From Babesia bigemina (taxonomy: Eukaryota): DNA of 38,715 bases. Below are positions 29,592 to 38,715 of the stretch, piece by piece (the first letter of the stretch is position 1; the number at the start of each line of letters is the position of its first letter). Where the stretch lies: contig NW_012237284.1 of the NCBI RefSeq assembly GCF_000981445.1, forward strand, positions 1 through 38,715, in the 5' to 3' direction. The position numbers and the translations under genes were made by a program. The notes under the pieces are model-generated. The model was given only the letters and a program-made list of their open reading frames with translations, was not told the origin of the DNA and did no database searches.

Positions 29592-30395
29592 GCGATGTAG
29601 AGTGGATAAGGGGCGATGTAGAGTGGATAAGGGGCGATGTAGAGTGGATAAAGGGGCGATGTGGAGTGGGTTAAGGGGCGATGTGGAGTGGGTTAAGGGG
29701 CGATGTAGAGTGGGTTAAGGGGCGATGTAGAGTGGGTTAGGGAGCGATGTAGAGTGGGTTAGGGAGCGATGTAGAGTAGGTTAGGGAGCGATGTAGAGTG
29801 GATAAAGGGGCGATGTAGAGTGGGTAAAGGGGCGATGTAGAGTGGGTTAAGGGACGATGTAGAGTGGGTTAGGGAGCGATGTAGAGTGGGTTAGGGAGCG
29901 ATGTAGAGTGGGTTAGGGAGCGATGTAGAGTGGATAAAGGAGCGATGTAGAGTGGATAAAGGAGCGATGTAGAGTGGGTTAGGGAGCGATGTAGAGTGGA
30001 TTAGGGAGCGATGTAGAGTGGTTAAAGGGGCGATGTAGGGTGGGTTAGGGAGCGATGTGGAGTGGGTTAGGGAGCGATGTGGAGTGGATAAAGGGGCGGT
30101 GTGAAGTGGATTAGGGAGCGATGTAGAGTGGATAAGGGGCGATGTAGAGTGGATAAGGGGCGATGTAGAGTGGATAAGGGAGCGATGTAGAGTGGGTTAG
30201 GGAGCGATGTAGAGTGGGTTAGGGAGCGATGTAGAGTAGGTTAGGGAGCGATGTAGAGTGGATAAAGGGGCGATGTAGAGTGGGTAAAGGGGCGATGTAG
30301 AGTGGGTTAAGGGACGATGTAGACTGGATAAAGGGGCGATGTGGAGTGGGTTAAGGGGCGATGTGGAGTGGGTTAAGGGGCGATGTAGAGTGGAT
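29592..30395. repeat. 21-22-bp G-rich minisatellite GCGATGTAGAGTGG(GTTAGGGA/ATAAAGGG), about 37 units
   Basis: Directly visible tandem array. Many units contain GGGTTAGGG. Confidence 0.95.
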
Positions 30396-30431
30396 GATAA
30401 TCACCACTCTGGTCAGCTGCTTGCTCACCAC

Positions 30432-30510
30432 TGTCATCGCTGCCGTGACCAAGACATCGCTGCCGTGACCAAGACATCGCTGCCGTGACCATGTCATCGC
30501 TGCCGTGACC
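30432..30510. repeat. 20-bp tandem repeat, 4 copies (CATCGCTGCCGTGACC-ATGT/AAGA)
   Basis: Visible array followed by CTTAACTTGGTCAG, as at the window end. Confidence 0.92.
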
Positions 30511-30661
30511 CTTAACTTGGTCAGGTGGTTGGTCACCTCGCTGCTCATGTCATTGATCATCAACGCAATGATTACGCTGTCGATAACATTAGATGTCAGT
30601 TGCCAGTTGGGTGATCAGTGGGATTTGGATTAACAACGTTTGCGCTAACAAATTATGGACT

Positions 30662-30859
30662 TTAGCTGTAGAACGCGATGCAGAAGGGTATCTTGCGGAC
30701 TAGGAAATCGCGGATGTTGCGGCCCACCGGGAAGCGGAAGATGCACAGGTCGAGCAGGATGATGGCGACGATGATGGCAACTATGACGGCGGCGATGGCT
30801 TGGGGAGAAGGGGGGATGATCACCTTACTGCTCATTTGATTGGCCATCAACGCAATCAT
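30662..30859 (-). CDS. Small single-TM ORF or second exon (MIALMANQMSS..)
   Basis: Strong TM (AIAAVIVAIIVAIILLDLCIF) and basic tail. It could join 30905-31306 in frame via a 63-nt GTGCGG...TCTAG intron. Confidence 0.6.
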   Translation of the reverse strand: MIALMANQMSSKVIIPPSPQAIAAVIVAIIVAIILLDLCIFRFPVGRNIRDFLVRKIPFCIAFYS

Positions 30860-30904
30860 TACTGTCTAGACATTATATGTCAGTCACCAGTCAGGTTATT
30901 GCGA

Positions 30905-31306
30905 TTAGCTGCGCAGTAGATACCGCACCCTGTGGAACGGCCGGATGCGGAAGTAGATCATGACGCAGATGACGACGATGATTAGGGCGACGGGGACGAT
31001 GATGATGGGAAGGACGGCGGGGGAAGTGTAGGCCGAAAATGAACGCTGTGCACTGGTGGAAGCGTAGGCAGTTCCTGGGCGTTTTTTTTTACAGCACTCA
31101 CATTGACACGTGTCCAGCTTGTCCTTACATTGTTTGTCACATACTGATGTATCACACTCGTGTCTTTTTTGACCTTTTTTGAGCTGTACGTAGTCCTGCA
31201 TACAAGCAAAGCATTTGCTTGGATCATTACATTTTGTACAACACCAGAAACAGCACTTACAATTGAACGTTACACAGCTTCCACCTGGACACTCGCATTG
31301 TGCCAT
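30905..31306 (-). CDS. Small Cys-rich single-TM protein, 133 aa
   Basis: Cys-rich N-terminus, a TM and the tail VMIYFRIRPFHRVRYLLRS. Paralogue of 14254-14583. Confidence 0.75.
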   Translation of the reverse strand: MAQCECPGGSCVTFNCKCCFWCCTKCNDPSKCFACMQDYVQLKKGQKRHECDTSVCDKQCKDKLDTCQCECCKKKRPGTAYASTSAQRSFSAYTSPAVLPIIIVPVALIIVVICVMIYFRIRPFHRVRYLLRS

Positions 31307-31324
31307 CTTCCCCTTCCCGCTCCC

Positions 31325-31638
31325 CTCCCAGTCCCCTCAATCTGCAAGCATGTCAATCACCTAGCAACGCACTCACCAACTGCAACACTACCACTGCCGC
31401 TCCCAGTCCCCTCAGCCTGCAAACATATCAATCACCTAAGCAGCACTCACCAACTGCAACACGTAACACTGCCACTGCCACTCCCCTCAACCTGCAAACA
31501 TCAATCACTCAAGCAGCACTCACCAACTGCAACACGTAACACTGCCACTGCCACTCCCCTCAACCTGCAAACATCAATCACCTAGCAACGCACTCACCAA
31601 CTGCAACATACATCAATCACCTCACCAAGGCACTCACC
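31325..31638. repeat. ~74-bp tandem repeat, about 4 copies, upstream of the Cys-rich gene
   Basis: Core CACTCACCAACTGCAACA at about 31370, 31444, 31517 and 31591. Confidence 0.85.
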
Positions 31639-32134
31639 CCTGTATCCCCCCAGCCCAGGCCGCCGACACCCACGCTGCCCGGGATACCACAGATGCCCTG
31701 ACGCGACGCATGTGATCGGCACCAACTGTCACTCTATATTATTCACTATTCGCAACGCCATAAGAATTGCATCGACCCGTGCGCTCAACTGCCACAGTGC
31801 AGCAGCACCGTCCTACGAGCCGCGGTATAGACGCCATACTGGCGGAGCGTGTCGGCTACGTGCCTAAATGTGTTACTAACGATCGCTACATTGTTCCCTA
31901 TAAATGCCATTTAACCAGGCCAAGCCGATTACGCCACCCTGCCAGTGACTCGCAACACACGACTTTGGTCACCCGCCGCGGCCCTCACGACCGCCTACCT
32001 TAGCAACCAATCACCCAGCCTCACGTGACACTGACTCAATGGGCAACGCAGATACCTCTCACAGTCAACGCCTAACTCAACGCAACAGGCAATCAACGTG
32101 CTACAACACCTACCAAATTACGGTTCATCCGCCA

Positions 32135-32434
32135 GCTTATCACTTTGCCTGGTTGCTTGCTCAGCGCTTTGCCTGGTTGCTAGGTCAACACTTTGCCTGG
32201 GTGCTAGCTTTTCACGTTGCCTGGTTGCTAGCTTTTCACTTTGCCTGGGTGCCAGCTTAGCACGTTGCCTGGGTGCTAGGTTAACACTTTACCTGGTTGC
32301 TAGGTTAGCACTTAGCCTGGTTGCTAGGTTACCACTTAGCCTGGTTGCTAGGTTACCACTTAGCTTGTGTGCTTGCTTATCACTTTGCTTGTGTGCTAGG
32401 TTAGCACTTTGCCTGGGTCCTAGCTTAGCACGTT
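32135..32434. repeat. Array of 25 12-mers arranged as 24-bp dimers (e.g. GGTTAGCACTTT + GCCTGGTTGCTA)
   Basis: Strict 12-bp phase with no indels; two unit types alternate. Confidence 0.9.
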
Positions 32435-32581
32435 GCTTCGTCGTTCAGTCATAACCTAATTTAGGGGCTATCTAGTTCACAGGTTGCCGCTAGAGTAATT
32501 CGAGACATTAGACTACGTTTGTTATTTAGGTGAGTAGGTGATTTGCTAAGTGAGTTGTGTTAATTACAAATGTGACGATGA

Positions 32582-35500
32582 TCACGGCTGTAGATACGAT
32601 ATCTTGGCAAGCCTTCCGACTTGCGCTGCAGCCAACAGCGACTGCGCCGTTATCCTGTGCGACGACGGTATCCTCAGGTGCGAGCGTATGTGGAGCACAT
32701 CCAGTCTGCCAACCATGACAATAATGAGATAGAAGAATGAGGCGGACCAAAGAGCGACGGTGGTCCAGAAGAATTTCTCCCTGATTTGCCACAAGAATTT
32801 GGGGATGTATTCGTGGACTAATCGCGCCAGTACAGAACTGTCGGAGCATACTTTTTCTAATGCTTTGCAGAAATCTTGGCACGTACGTTTCGTTTTTTCA
32901 GCGTGGTCAGTGAGTGCGGATGGACTTCCGAAGGTGAAACCTGCGGCGTATAATGTTGCGTGGGTATTGCGACATTGGACAATGGAAGTGCACAATTTTC
33001 CGTGTCTGATATTAGCTATAAATTTCCCCGACTCTTGTCCGGGGGTGGGAGTGTTATGTTTATAACAGTAATTAACTTGGCAATCCCTGACACAACTTCT
33101 GTCGTGACATCGCGACCCGGGCTTATTGCAGTTCTTGCAACACTCATCGTATAGTTTTTTGAGTAAATCGTAGAATGTCTCCGTCATGTATACCACCCAC
33201 GATAAATAGGCACCGCCATTATTCTTCGAGAAATATACCCGCATATCATTGCTTAGCGACTGCAAATATGGTCCGCAGGGAACAGTTGCCCGCGTGCTGC
33301 GATTACAGAAAAATAAGGTGAATAGATCACCGGTATAATTTTTGCCGTCATTGGAGACATGCTTTTTGTGATCACTGCTATTCTGTATAGATGCGACGTC
33401 CAACTCTGTCGTTGAATCCCCGAAGTTTGCTCTTTTAACGGCCGACTCGAAAGCCGGCTTTTTGTGCTCGTTATCTTTACTCCACTGGTCGAGGAACCTG
33501 TAGTAGAACGCAAACATGTCACCAAGAGTCTGAGGCGCCTGGCGTAATAGGCAGTTCAGCATACCACACAGCTTGGCAAGGTGTGTCTGCGAGCTGCAGA
33601 AATTGTGAAGCGCCTCCTTGAGATACTTGCCGTCCTTTGTATGCGAGGCGGCGATGCCAATATCGCTGAAACCCATTGGCGTGAGACACGGTTTACCAAA
33701 GTGGTTGGTCACCAAACATTTTACGCCGCAGCCAACCTTAGTAAGCTGGTGCGGGAGGAAGCCTTGTAACCCGTCTTCTAAGTAGGACTGCAAAGGTGAT
33801 TTCACGCCGCACGTAGGGTGTTGGTCACACGTTTGGTCGGCTGCTTGCTTTCCGTTTTGGTCAGCGGTTTGGCCAGCTGTTTGCTCACCAATTTGCTCGG
33901 TCTTTTGGGGACATGATAGGTTGCCACATTGTTCTTCGTTGCACGTCCATGCTGATCCACCGACGTGACGACCGTAATAGCAGTCTTCCCAACCGCCCCT
34001 AGTGCGGCCATTGTAGCACTGCTTGTACAGGAAATACAATTGGAAATAGACTCTATTCAACACGTCAACCAGCATATCGAAGCACGCGCTAGGACTGCTA
34101 GGGTAAATGAAATTGTCCTCGTTGGTGAAAAAGTCAGCGGCATACCGTCCACCTGCGTGACCATGACCTACGATGGCAATCAACGTGTCGTGGGAGTATA
34201 GACAAGCATTTGCGATTTTGTTTTTTACGTCGTCATATTTAATGTTTGTCGTAGCGGAAAGTTGCAATTCACCAACGGGAATTTCGTCATACTTTTTATC
34301 CTTATACCCGTCGGGTTTGCTGAACAATTCTTTAGCGTAGTCACACACCTTACCGAACATTGGATTGAACACCAGCCCCGGAAGCCATTGCATCATCTGG
34401 TATATTGTCGTCGGAGATATGGGATTGGGACGGTAAGTGAGATGGCAGACTTTGTAATAATCACGGAGCATGAAGCGGTAAAGGAAGGAGAGAACGTTAC
34501 TGAGTTTTACTTCTTCACCATCTAGGATTTTATACGATTTCAAAACGTCCTTGATTGTTGACTCAACGCCTTTAATTTCATTATCACATAGCTCCGTGAT
34601 TTTTGTTCCTTTCAATCCTTCCGAATTGCGCAACTCCCCGTCCTGAGTATTCTTATCTTTCGGTACCTTGTAACCACGACGCTGGAACCAGTGACCAAGT
34701 GGGTTGCCATTGGCTTTATACTGCTTATCTACGTCATACAAACATATGTTGTCATTTTTCCACTTACCTTTGTTGTCTTCACACTTCTCGTAGAGGTCAT
34801 ACAAATTTGTACGTAATGTTTTCAAAATTGTCAAAAAAATCTTAGCACAATTTTTTCCATCATCTGTCATCAGTTTTGTGTTAAAACCGAAAAATGTAAC
34901 GTTTTCTGACCCATCATACCCGTTCACATACACCCTCCCCAGCTCCTTGACAAACCCATCCAGCCCCGCTCTGACCGCATCGAGCAGCTCCGGGTGCCGG
35001 GGGTTCGCGAAGTGGGAGGGGGATAGGAGGTGGAGGGAGGAGGAGAGGGTGGTGAGTAAATCAACGAAAGTTTTATCGTAATTATACTTTTTAGTGCTAT
35101 TTGAGGCACTTAAATGAGTAAGTAATTTGTCGAAGTCATCTTTGATTTTGGTTAGCTTGCTGGCTGGGTTGGTGGGCGGGGGGGAGGTTGGAGGTTTGAC
35201 TTGATCCTTGATATAGGTGTCAACGTTTTTATAGTAGTCGTGGAATTTGGTAGATAATTGCGTGAAATGCCCTTTCGTAAACGGAGTTGAAAGAGGTAGA
35301 TCCTTCTTAATATTGTCAAGGAGTTCCGTTGTGGATGTCGGAAATGTAGGACTGTCAGAGGAGATAATTGTGACTTTCATACCGTTTACAGCCTTCAGAA
35401 GACCTTTAATTCCGGTCCTTTTGTCTTTGTCTATGATCCCCTCGATAACCTTCATCTGCTCCTCCACCACCCCCTTGAGCGCGTGGAGGTCGGCCTTTTT

Positions 35501-38014
35501 CTGCTCGGCGAAGAGCGTGCGGACGGCGGCGGTGAGGGTGGAGAAGGCGGAGGAGATGGTTGCTTGGCATTTAGCAACGGCCTGTTTCAACGCATTGTTG
35601 ATGCTATCGATGGAGCTTTGTATGTCCGTTTCAGCTAGTGTTACGTTGACATCCACATTATCAAGCAGCTTGTGTAGTAAATCGATATTGCTTTCTAATG
35701 CCATCATTTTCGTAAGCGCCGTTCTTCTCCTTTCCTCTACTTGTTCGGGGATCTCTTCGAGATACTTGATGATGCGTGCGATCTCCTTAGTGTCCGCGTC
35801 ACCATTTGTAGGTATATTGCAGATTCTGCGATGCAGATCAGCAAGTTTGGCTTGAATATTCATTAGCCCTTTCACACTTACAGCCGGGAGTGGTGGCAAA
35901 TATTTCGCAAGAAGTTTCACATCGTCATTGTTAAGCGTCATCATGGTTTTCAAATCGGCTAGGTAATCATTCACAGTCTGCTTGGTCTTGGTAGGTTCTT
36001 CTTTAACCATCGTAGATATGCTCACAAGCTGACTTTCAATATTCCCTACCGCTTCGGTGATTTGAGCATTATTGGTGTCGATTGCGGATACGACAGCATC
36101 AACGGTTGTATCTACAGTTTTAATCGCCGTAATTTCCCGCGCTGCCTGTATCTGCCTGTTCAATTCGTCTACGCCTTTTTGAGCCGCCTGCTGCAAAAGT
36201 GTGCCTAGATTTGTTTTAAATGTGTCTGCAATAGCTTTGGTACTAAAAGCGCCTTTGAGATCTTTCAGGATATCATGAGACGAAAACTCAGATGGAAGTT
36301 CCCCCCAATGCACCATAGCCTGCTTGAAATGACTAAGAGTGATTTCCAAATTATATAATGCATCATTTATATTATTATGAGCTTTCGAATTGGCCTGTTG
36401 CAGCACGCCTCCTAATATCTTCAACTCCGTTCCCAGATTACCATTTTGCAAAGCTCCAACCAATTTTGTAACACCTGGTCTCAAATTACCCGACCAGCTG
36501 GCACTTGCTGCTGCGTCAGTAAATGTTGCCGACAACTCCTTCATATACCCCTCAACATTACTTGTAATCGAGCTTGTAAGTGCAACGATTTGACCATTAA
36601 CATTCCATTCAACGGCGCCATTATTAAAATCATCAAGTCCTTTCGGCACCTTCTCCTTAACGTCGGTATGAAGCGTTCCAAGTTGCTTAAACGCAGCCTC
36701 AGCTTTCTGAGCAACTTGCTGAAGCTTATTATTTGCACCCTGATAGGCATCGTTTAGCTCCGTCGCTTTCAACTTGACACGATGCAACGGTGTTTTCAAA
36801 TCGTTATTCGACGTTATATTTAGCTTCTCAACAACATCTTCACATGTTCTCATAGCGTTTTCCAAAACATTTCCAGCGGCCACCTTCCACTCTGCTAACT
36901 CCACATTGCTGCTGCCAATTTCAATACCAATATTGCTCACTTTCTTTTTTATTTGGCCAAATAGTTCGTTGAGCTTGCATTTTCTTTCCGGGCCAGACTT
37001 TTTTGTGATATCGTTCAGTGCAATTGTGACCTCTTTAAAAAGTCTGTCAATCTCATTGTTGTACGTTCCTTTGTATTCTGAAATCAATTTATTAGCTTCT
37101 ACCTTGGCTTCTTTCACAACGTTTTTGAGACGGGCAAACTTTTCATCCTTCATTTCGGTTAAAGCAGTCAAATTTTCTCGTAGATTTCTAAATTCCTGAG
37201 CCATCCTATTTTCAATGCTTCTCCGTTGACGGAGTAACTCCTCATCGACAGCCTTCAGCTCCTCCGCCAATTTCTTGTTTCTCGCCGACTCTTCCAACAA
37301 TTTAACCGCATCTTTTATTGCCGTTACCGGCGTCTCTAACTTTCTTATTAGTTGTGAATCTAATTTATCTTGCGCCTTTTCAGCCACATCAGCGTGTCCG
37401 AGATACAACTCTAATATATGTTTCCATGCCTTATGCTGGTCTCTGAGTGTTTTATTTTTTTGCTCTTGAAACTTTTGTTCGACATTATTAATGTCATTTC
37501 TTATAAGTATCAACGGCGTTTTTACATCTTCGCATTTTTGATTAACACTCTTTCCATACCCCTCCAACCACTCCTTCACCGCGCGGACAGACGCCGCAAG
37601 CCCAGCACGCCCGGAGCCAATATTTTTAGTTAAGGTGTCTAGTACTTCATTAAGCTTTTTAGTCATGTAATTATCATAAGTTGTCACTTCATTTTCGTTT
37701 TTCACCGCACCAAGCACACCACTCAAAAATCCCATCACCGCATCGCACAGCCTGTCCAGGTCAGAGTACACAATCCCAGTGCCGTCGTAGCCTTTGGACT
37801 CAGAGTTGAAGCCGAGGAAGGTTTCGAGGCCGGTGCAGAGGTTAGTAAGGATGTTGATAGGGTTATTAGTTGAGGTAATTTTTAGGTTTAAAATTTTGTC
37901 AAATTTCTTGTCAAGCTCCCTAGGCGGCACATGGTCAGGGCAGTGGCAAGAGGTGAAGGAAGGGAAGTGAAGGGTGACAAGGCACAAGTTATTAGGATGG
38001 TTTATAGAGGTCAT
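32582..38014 (-). CDS. Large Babesia VESA-related antigen ('extracellular matrix-binding ebh'-type), 1810 aa, coiled-coil N-half, C-terminal TM
   Basis: Motifs 'LCTGLETFLGF..KGYDGTGIVYSDLDRLCDAVMGFL', 'FANPRHPELLDAVRAGL' and 'KSPLQSYLEDGL', then a TM and the VESA1-like tail 'RLDVLHIRSHLRIPSSHRITAQSLL'. The true start is uncertain because the frame runs into the upstream satellite. Confidence 0.9.
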   Translation of the reverse strand: MTSINHPNNLCLVTLHFPSFTSCHCPDHVPPRELDKKFDKILNLKITSTNNPINILTNLCTGLETFLGFNSESKGYDGTGIVYSDLDRLCDAVMGFLSGVLGAVKNENEVTTYDNYMTKKLNEVLDTLTKNIGSGRAGLAASVRAVKEWLEGYGKSVNQKCEDVKTPLILIRNDINNVEQKFQEQKNKTLRDQHKAWKHILELYLGHADVAEKAQDKLDSQLIRKLETPVTAIKDAVKLLEESARNKKLAEELKAVDEELLRQRRSIENRMAQEFRNLRENLTALTEMKDEKFARLKNVVKEAKVEANKLISEYKGTYNNEIDRLFKEVTIALNDITKKSGPERKCKLNELFGQIKKKVSNIGIEIGSSNVELAEWKVAAGNVLENAMRTCEDVVEKLNITSNNDLKTPLHRVKLKATELNDAYQGANNKLQQVAQKAEAAFKQLGTLHTDVKEKVPKGLDDFNNGAVEWNVNGQIVALTSSITSNVEGYMKELSATFTDAAASASWSGNLRPGVTKLVGALQNGNLGTELKILGGVLQQANSKAHNNINDALYNLEITLSHFKQAMVHWGELPSEFSSHDILKDLKGAFSTKAIADTFKTNLGTLLQQAAQKGVDELNRQIQAAREITAIKTVDTTVDAVVSAIDTNNAQITEAVGNIESQLVSISTMVKEEPTKTKQTVNDYLADLKTMMTLNNDDVKLLAKYLPPLPAVSVKGLMNIQAKLADLHRRICNIPTNGDADTKEIARIIKYLEEIPEQVEERRRTALTKMMALESNIDLLHKLLDNVDVNVTLAETDIQSSIDSINNALKQAVAKCQATISSAFSTLTAAVRTLFAEQKKADLHALKGVVEEQMKVIEGIIDKDKRTGIKGLLKAVNGMKVTIISSDSPTFPTSTTELLDNIKKDLPLSTPFTKGHFTQLSTKFHDYYKNVDTYIKDQVKPPTSPPPTNPASKLTKIKDDFDKLLTHLSASNSTKKYNYDKTFVDLLTTLSSSLHLLSPSHFANPRHPELLDAVRAGLDGFVKELGRVYVNGYDGSENVTFFGFNTKLMTDDGKNCAKIFLTILKTLRTNLYDLYEKCEDNKGKWKNDNICLYDVDKQYKANGNPLGHWFQRRGYKVPKDKNTQDGELRNSEGLKGTKITELCDNEIKGVESTIKDVLKSYKILDGEEVKLSNVLSFLYRFMLRDYYKVCHLTYRPNPISPTTIYQMMQWLPGLVFNPMFGKVCDYAKELFSKPDGYKDKKYDEIPVGELQLSATTNIKYDDVKNKIANACLYSHDTLIAIVGHGHAGGRYAADFFTNEDNFIYPSSPSACFDMLVDVLNRVYFQLYFLYKQCYNGRTRGGWEDCYYGRHVGGSAWTCNEEQCGNLSCPQKTEQIGEQTAGQTADQNGKQAADQTCDQHPTCGVKSPLQSYLEDGLQGFLPHQLTKVGCGVKCLVTNHFGKPCLTPMGFSDIGIAASHTKDGKYLKEALHNFCSSQTHLAKLCGMLNCLLRQAPQTLGDMFAFYYRFLDQWSKDNEHKKPAFESAVKRANFGDSTTELDVASIQNSSDHKKHVSNDGKNYTGDLFTLFFCNRSTRATVPCGPYLQSLSNDMRVYFSKNNGGAYLSWVVYMTETFYDLLKKLYDECCKNCNKPGSRCHDRSCVRDCQVNYCYKHNTPTPGQESGKFIANIRHGKLCTSIVQCRNTHATLYAAGFTFGSPSALTDHAEKTKRTCQDFCKALEKVCSDSSVLARLVHEYIPKFLWQIREKFFWTTVALWSASFFYLIIVMVGRLDVLHIRSHLRIPSSHRITAQSLLAAAQVGRLAKISYLQP

Positions 38015-38044
38015 AGCGGTAATATGGCAAGGTGATTCGAGGGT

Positions 38045-38583
38045 TGTAGAGTGGACAAGGGGCGATGTAGAGTGGGTAAAGGAGCGATGTGGAGTGGGTT
38101 AGGGAGCGATGTAGAGTGGATAAAGGGGCGATGTGGAGTGGGTAAAGGGGCGATGTAGAGTGGATAGAGGAGCGATGTAGAGTGGGTTAAGGAGCGATGT
38201 GGAGTGGGTTAGGGAGCGATGTAGAGTGGATAGAGGAGCGATGTAGAGTGGGTTAAGGGGCGATGTAAGGTGGGTTAAGGGGCGATGTAGAGTGGATAAA
38301 GGGGCGATGTAGAGGAGGTTAAGGGGCGATGTAGAGTGGGTTAGGGAGCGATGTAGAGTGGATTAAGGGGCGATGTAGAGTGGATAAAGGAACGATGTGG
38401 AGTGGGTTAGGGAGCGATGTAGAGTGGATTAAGGAGCGATGTGGAGTGGATGAAGGGGCGATGTAGAGTGGATAAAGGAACAATGTGGAGTGGGTTAGGG
38501 AGCGATGTAGAGTGGATTAAGGAGCGATGTAGAGTGGATGAAGGGGCGATGTAGAGTGGATAAGGAGCGATGTAGAGTGGATA
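38045..38583. repeat. Second array of the 21-22-bp G-rich minisatellite, about 25 units
   Basis: Same unit as 29592-30395 and the same right flank ATAATCACCACT. Confidence 0.95.
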
Positions 38584-38596
38584 ATAATCACCACTT

Positions 38597-38702
38597 GTGA
38601 CCATGTCGTCGCTGCCGTAACCATGTCATCGCTGCCGTGACCATGTCATCGCTGCCGTGACCATGTCATCGCTGCCGTGTCCATGTCATCGCTGCCGTAA
38701 CC
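38597..38702. repeat. 20-bp tandem repeat, 5 copies (CCATGTCATCGCTGCCGTGA)
   Basis: Same unit and same CTTAACTTGGTCAG flank as 30432-30510. Confidence 0.92.
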
Positions 38703-38715
38703 TTAACTTGGTCAG

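Noticed and set aside
29592..30395. True interstitial telomere
   Set aside because: TTAGGG occurs only inside a 22-bp unit, not as tandem TT(T/C)AGGG repeats.
38407..38604. PLYIAP-repeat ORF
   Set aside because: Translation of the minisatellite; unit lengths of 21-22 bp do not hold a frame.

Overview
Eukaryotic parasite DNA, most consistent with a repeat-rich, probably subtelomeric region of a Babesia (piroplasm, Apicomplexa); species not determined. It holds four minus-strand members of the large VESA-related variant-antigen superfamily. Two are intact (2328-7787, 32582-38014) and two are broken (15329-19517, ~27167-29400). Also present: a Tpr-related multi-pass membrane gene, small Cys-rich single-TM ORFs, and several satellites (12-bp, 22-bp containing TTAGGG, 20-bp, 74-bp). 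Standout 1: two near-identical, inverted copies of a single-ORF non-LTR retrotransposon (RT + CCHC + restriction-like endonuclease, R4-like) in a lineage generally thought to lack transposons. One copy is 5'-truncated and cuts off a variant-antigen gene; the other has a stop codon inside an indel-free hyperdivergent patch. Standout 2: the mammalian RRBP1/p180 decapeptide repeat (NQGKKAEGAQ) inside a parasite antigen. Standout 3: a 12-bp satellite family that resembles a tetrapeptide coding repeat of the antigen genes. All calls come from reading the sequence and recalling motifs; no searches were run.
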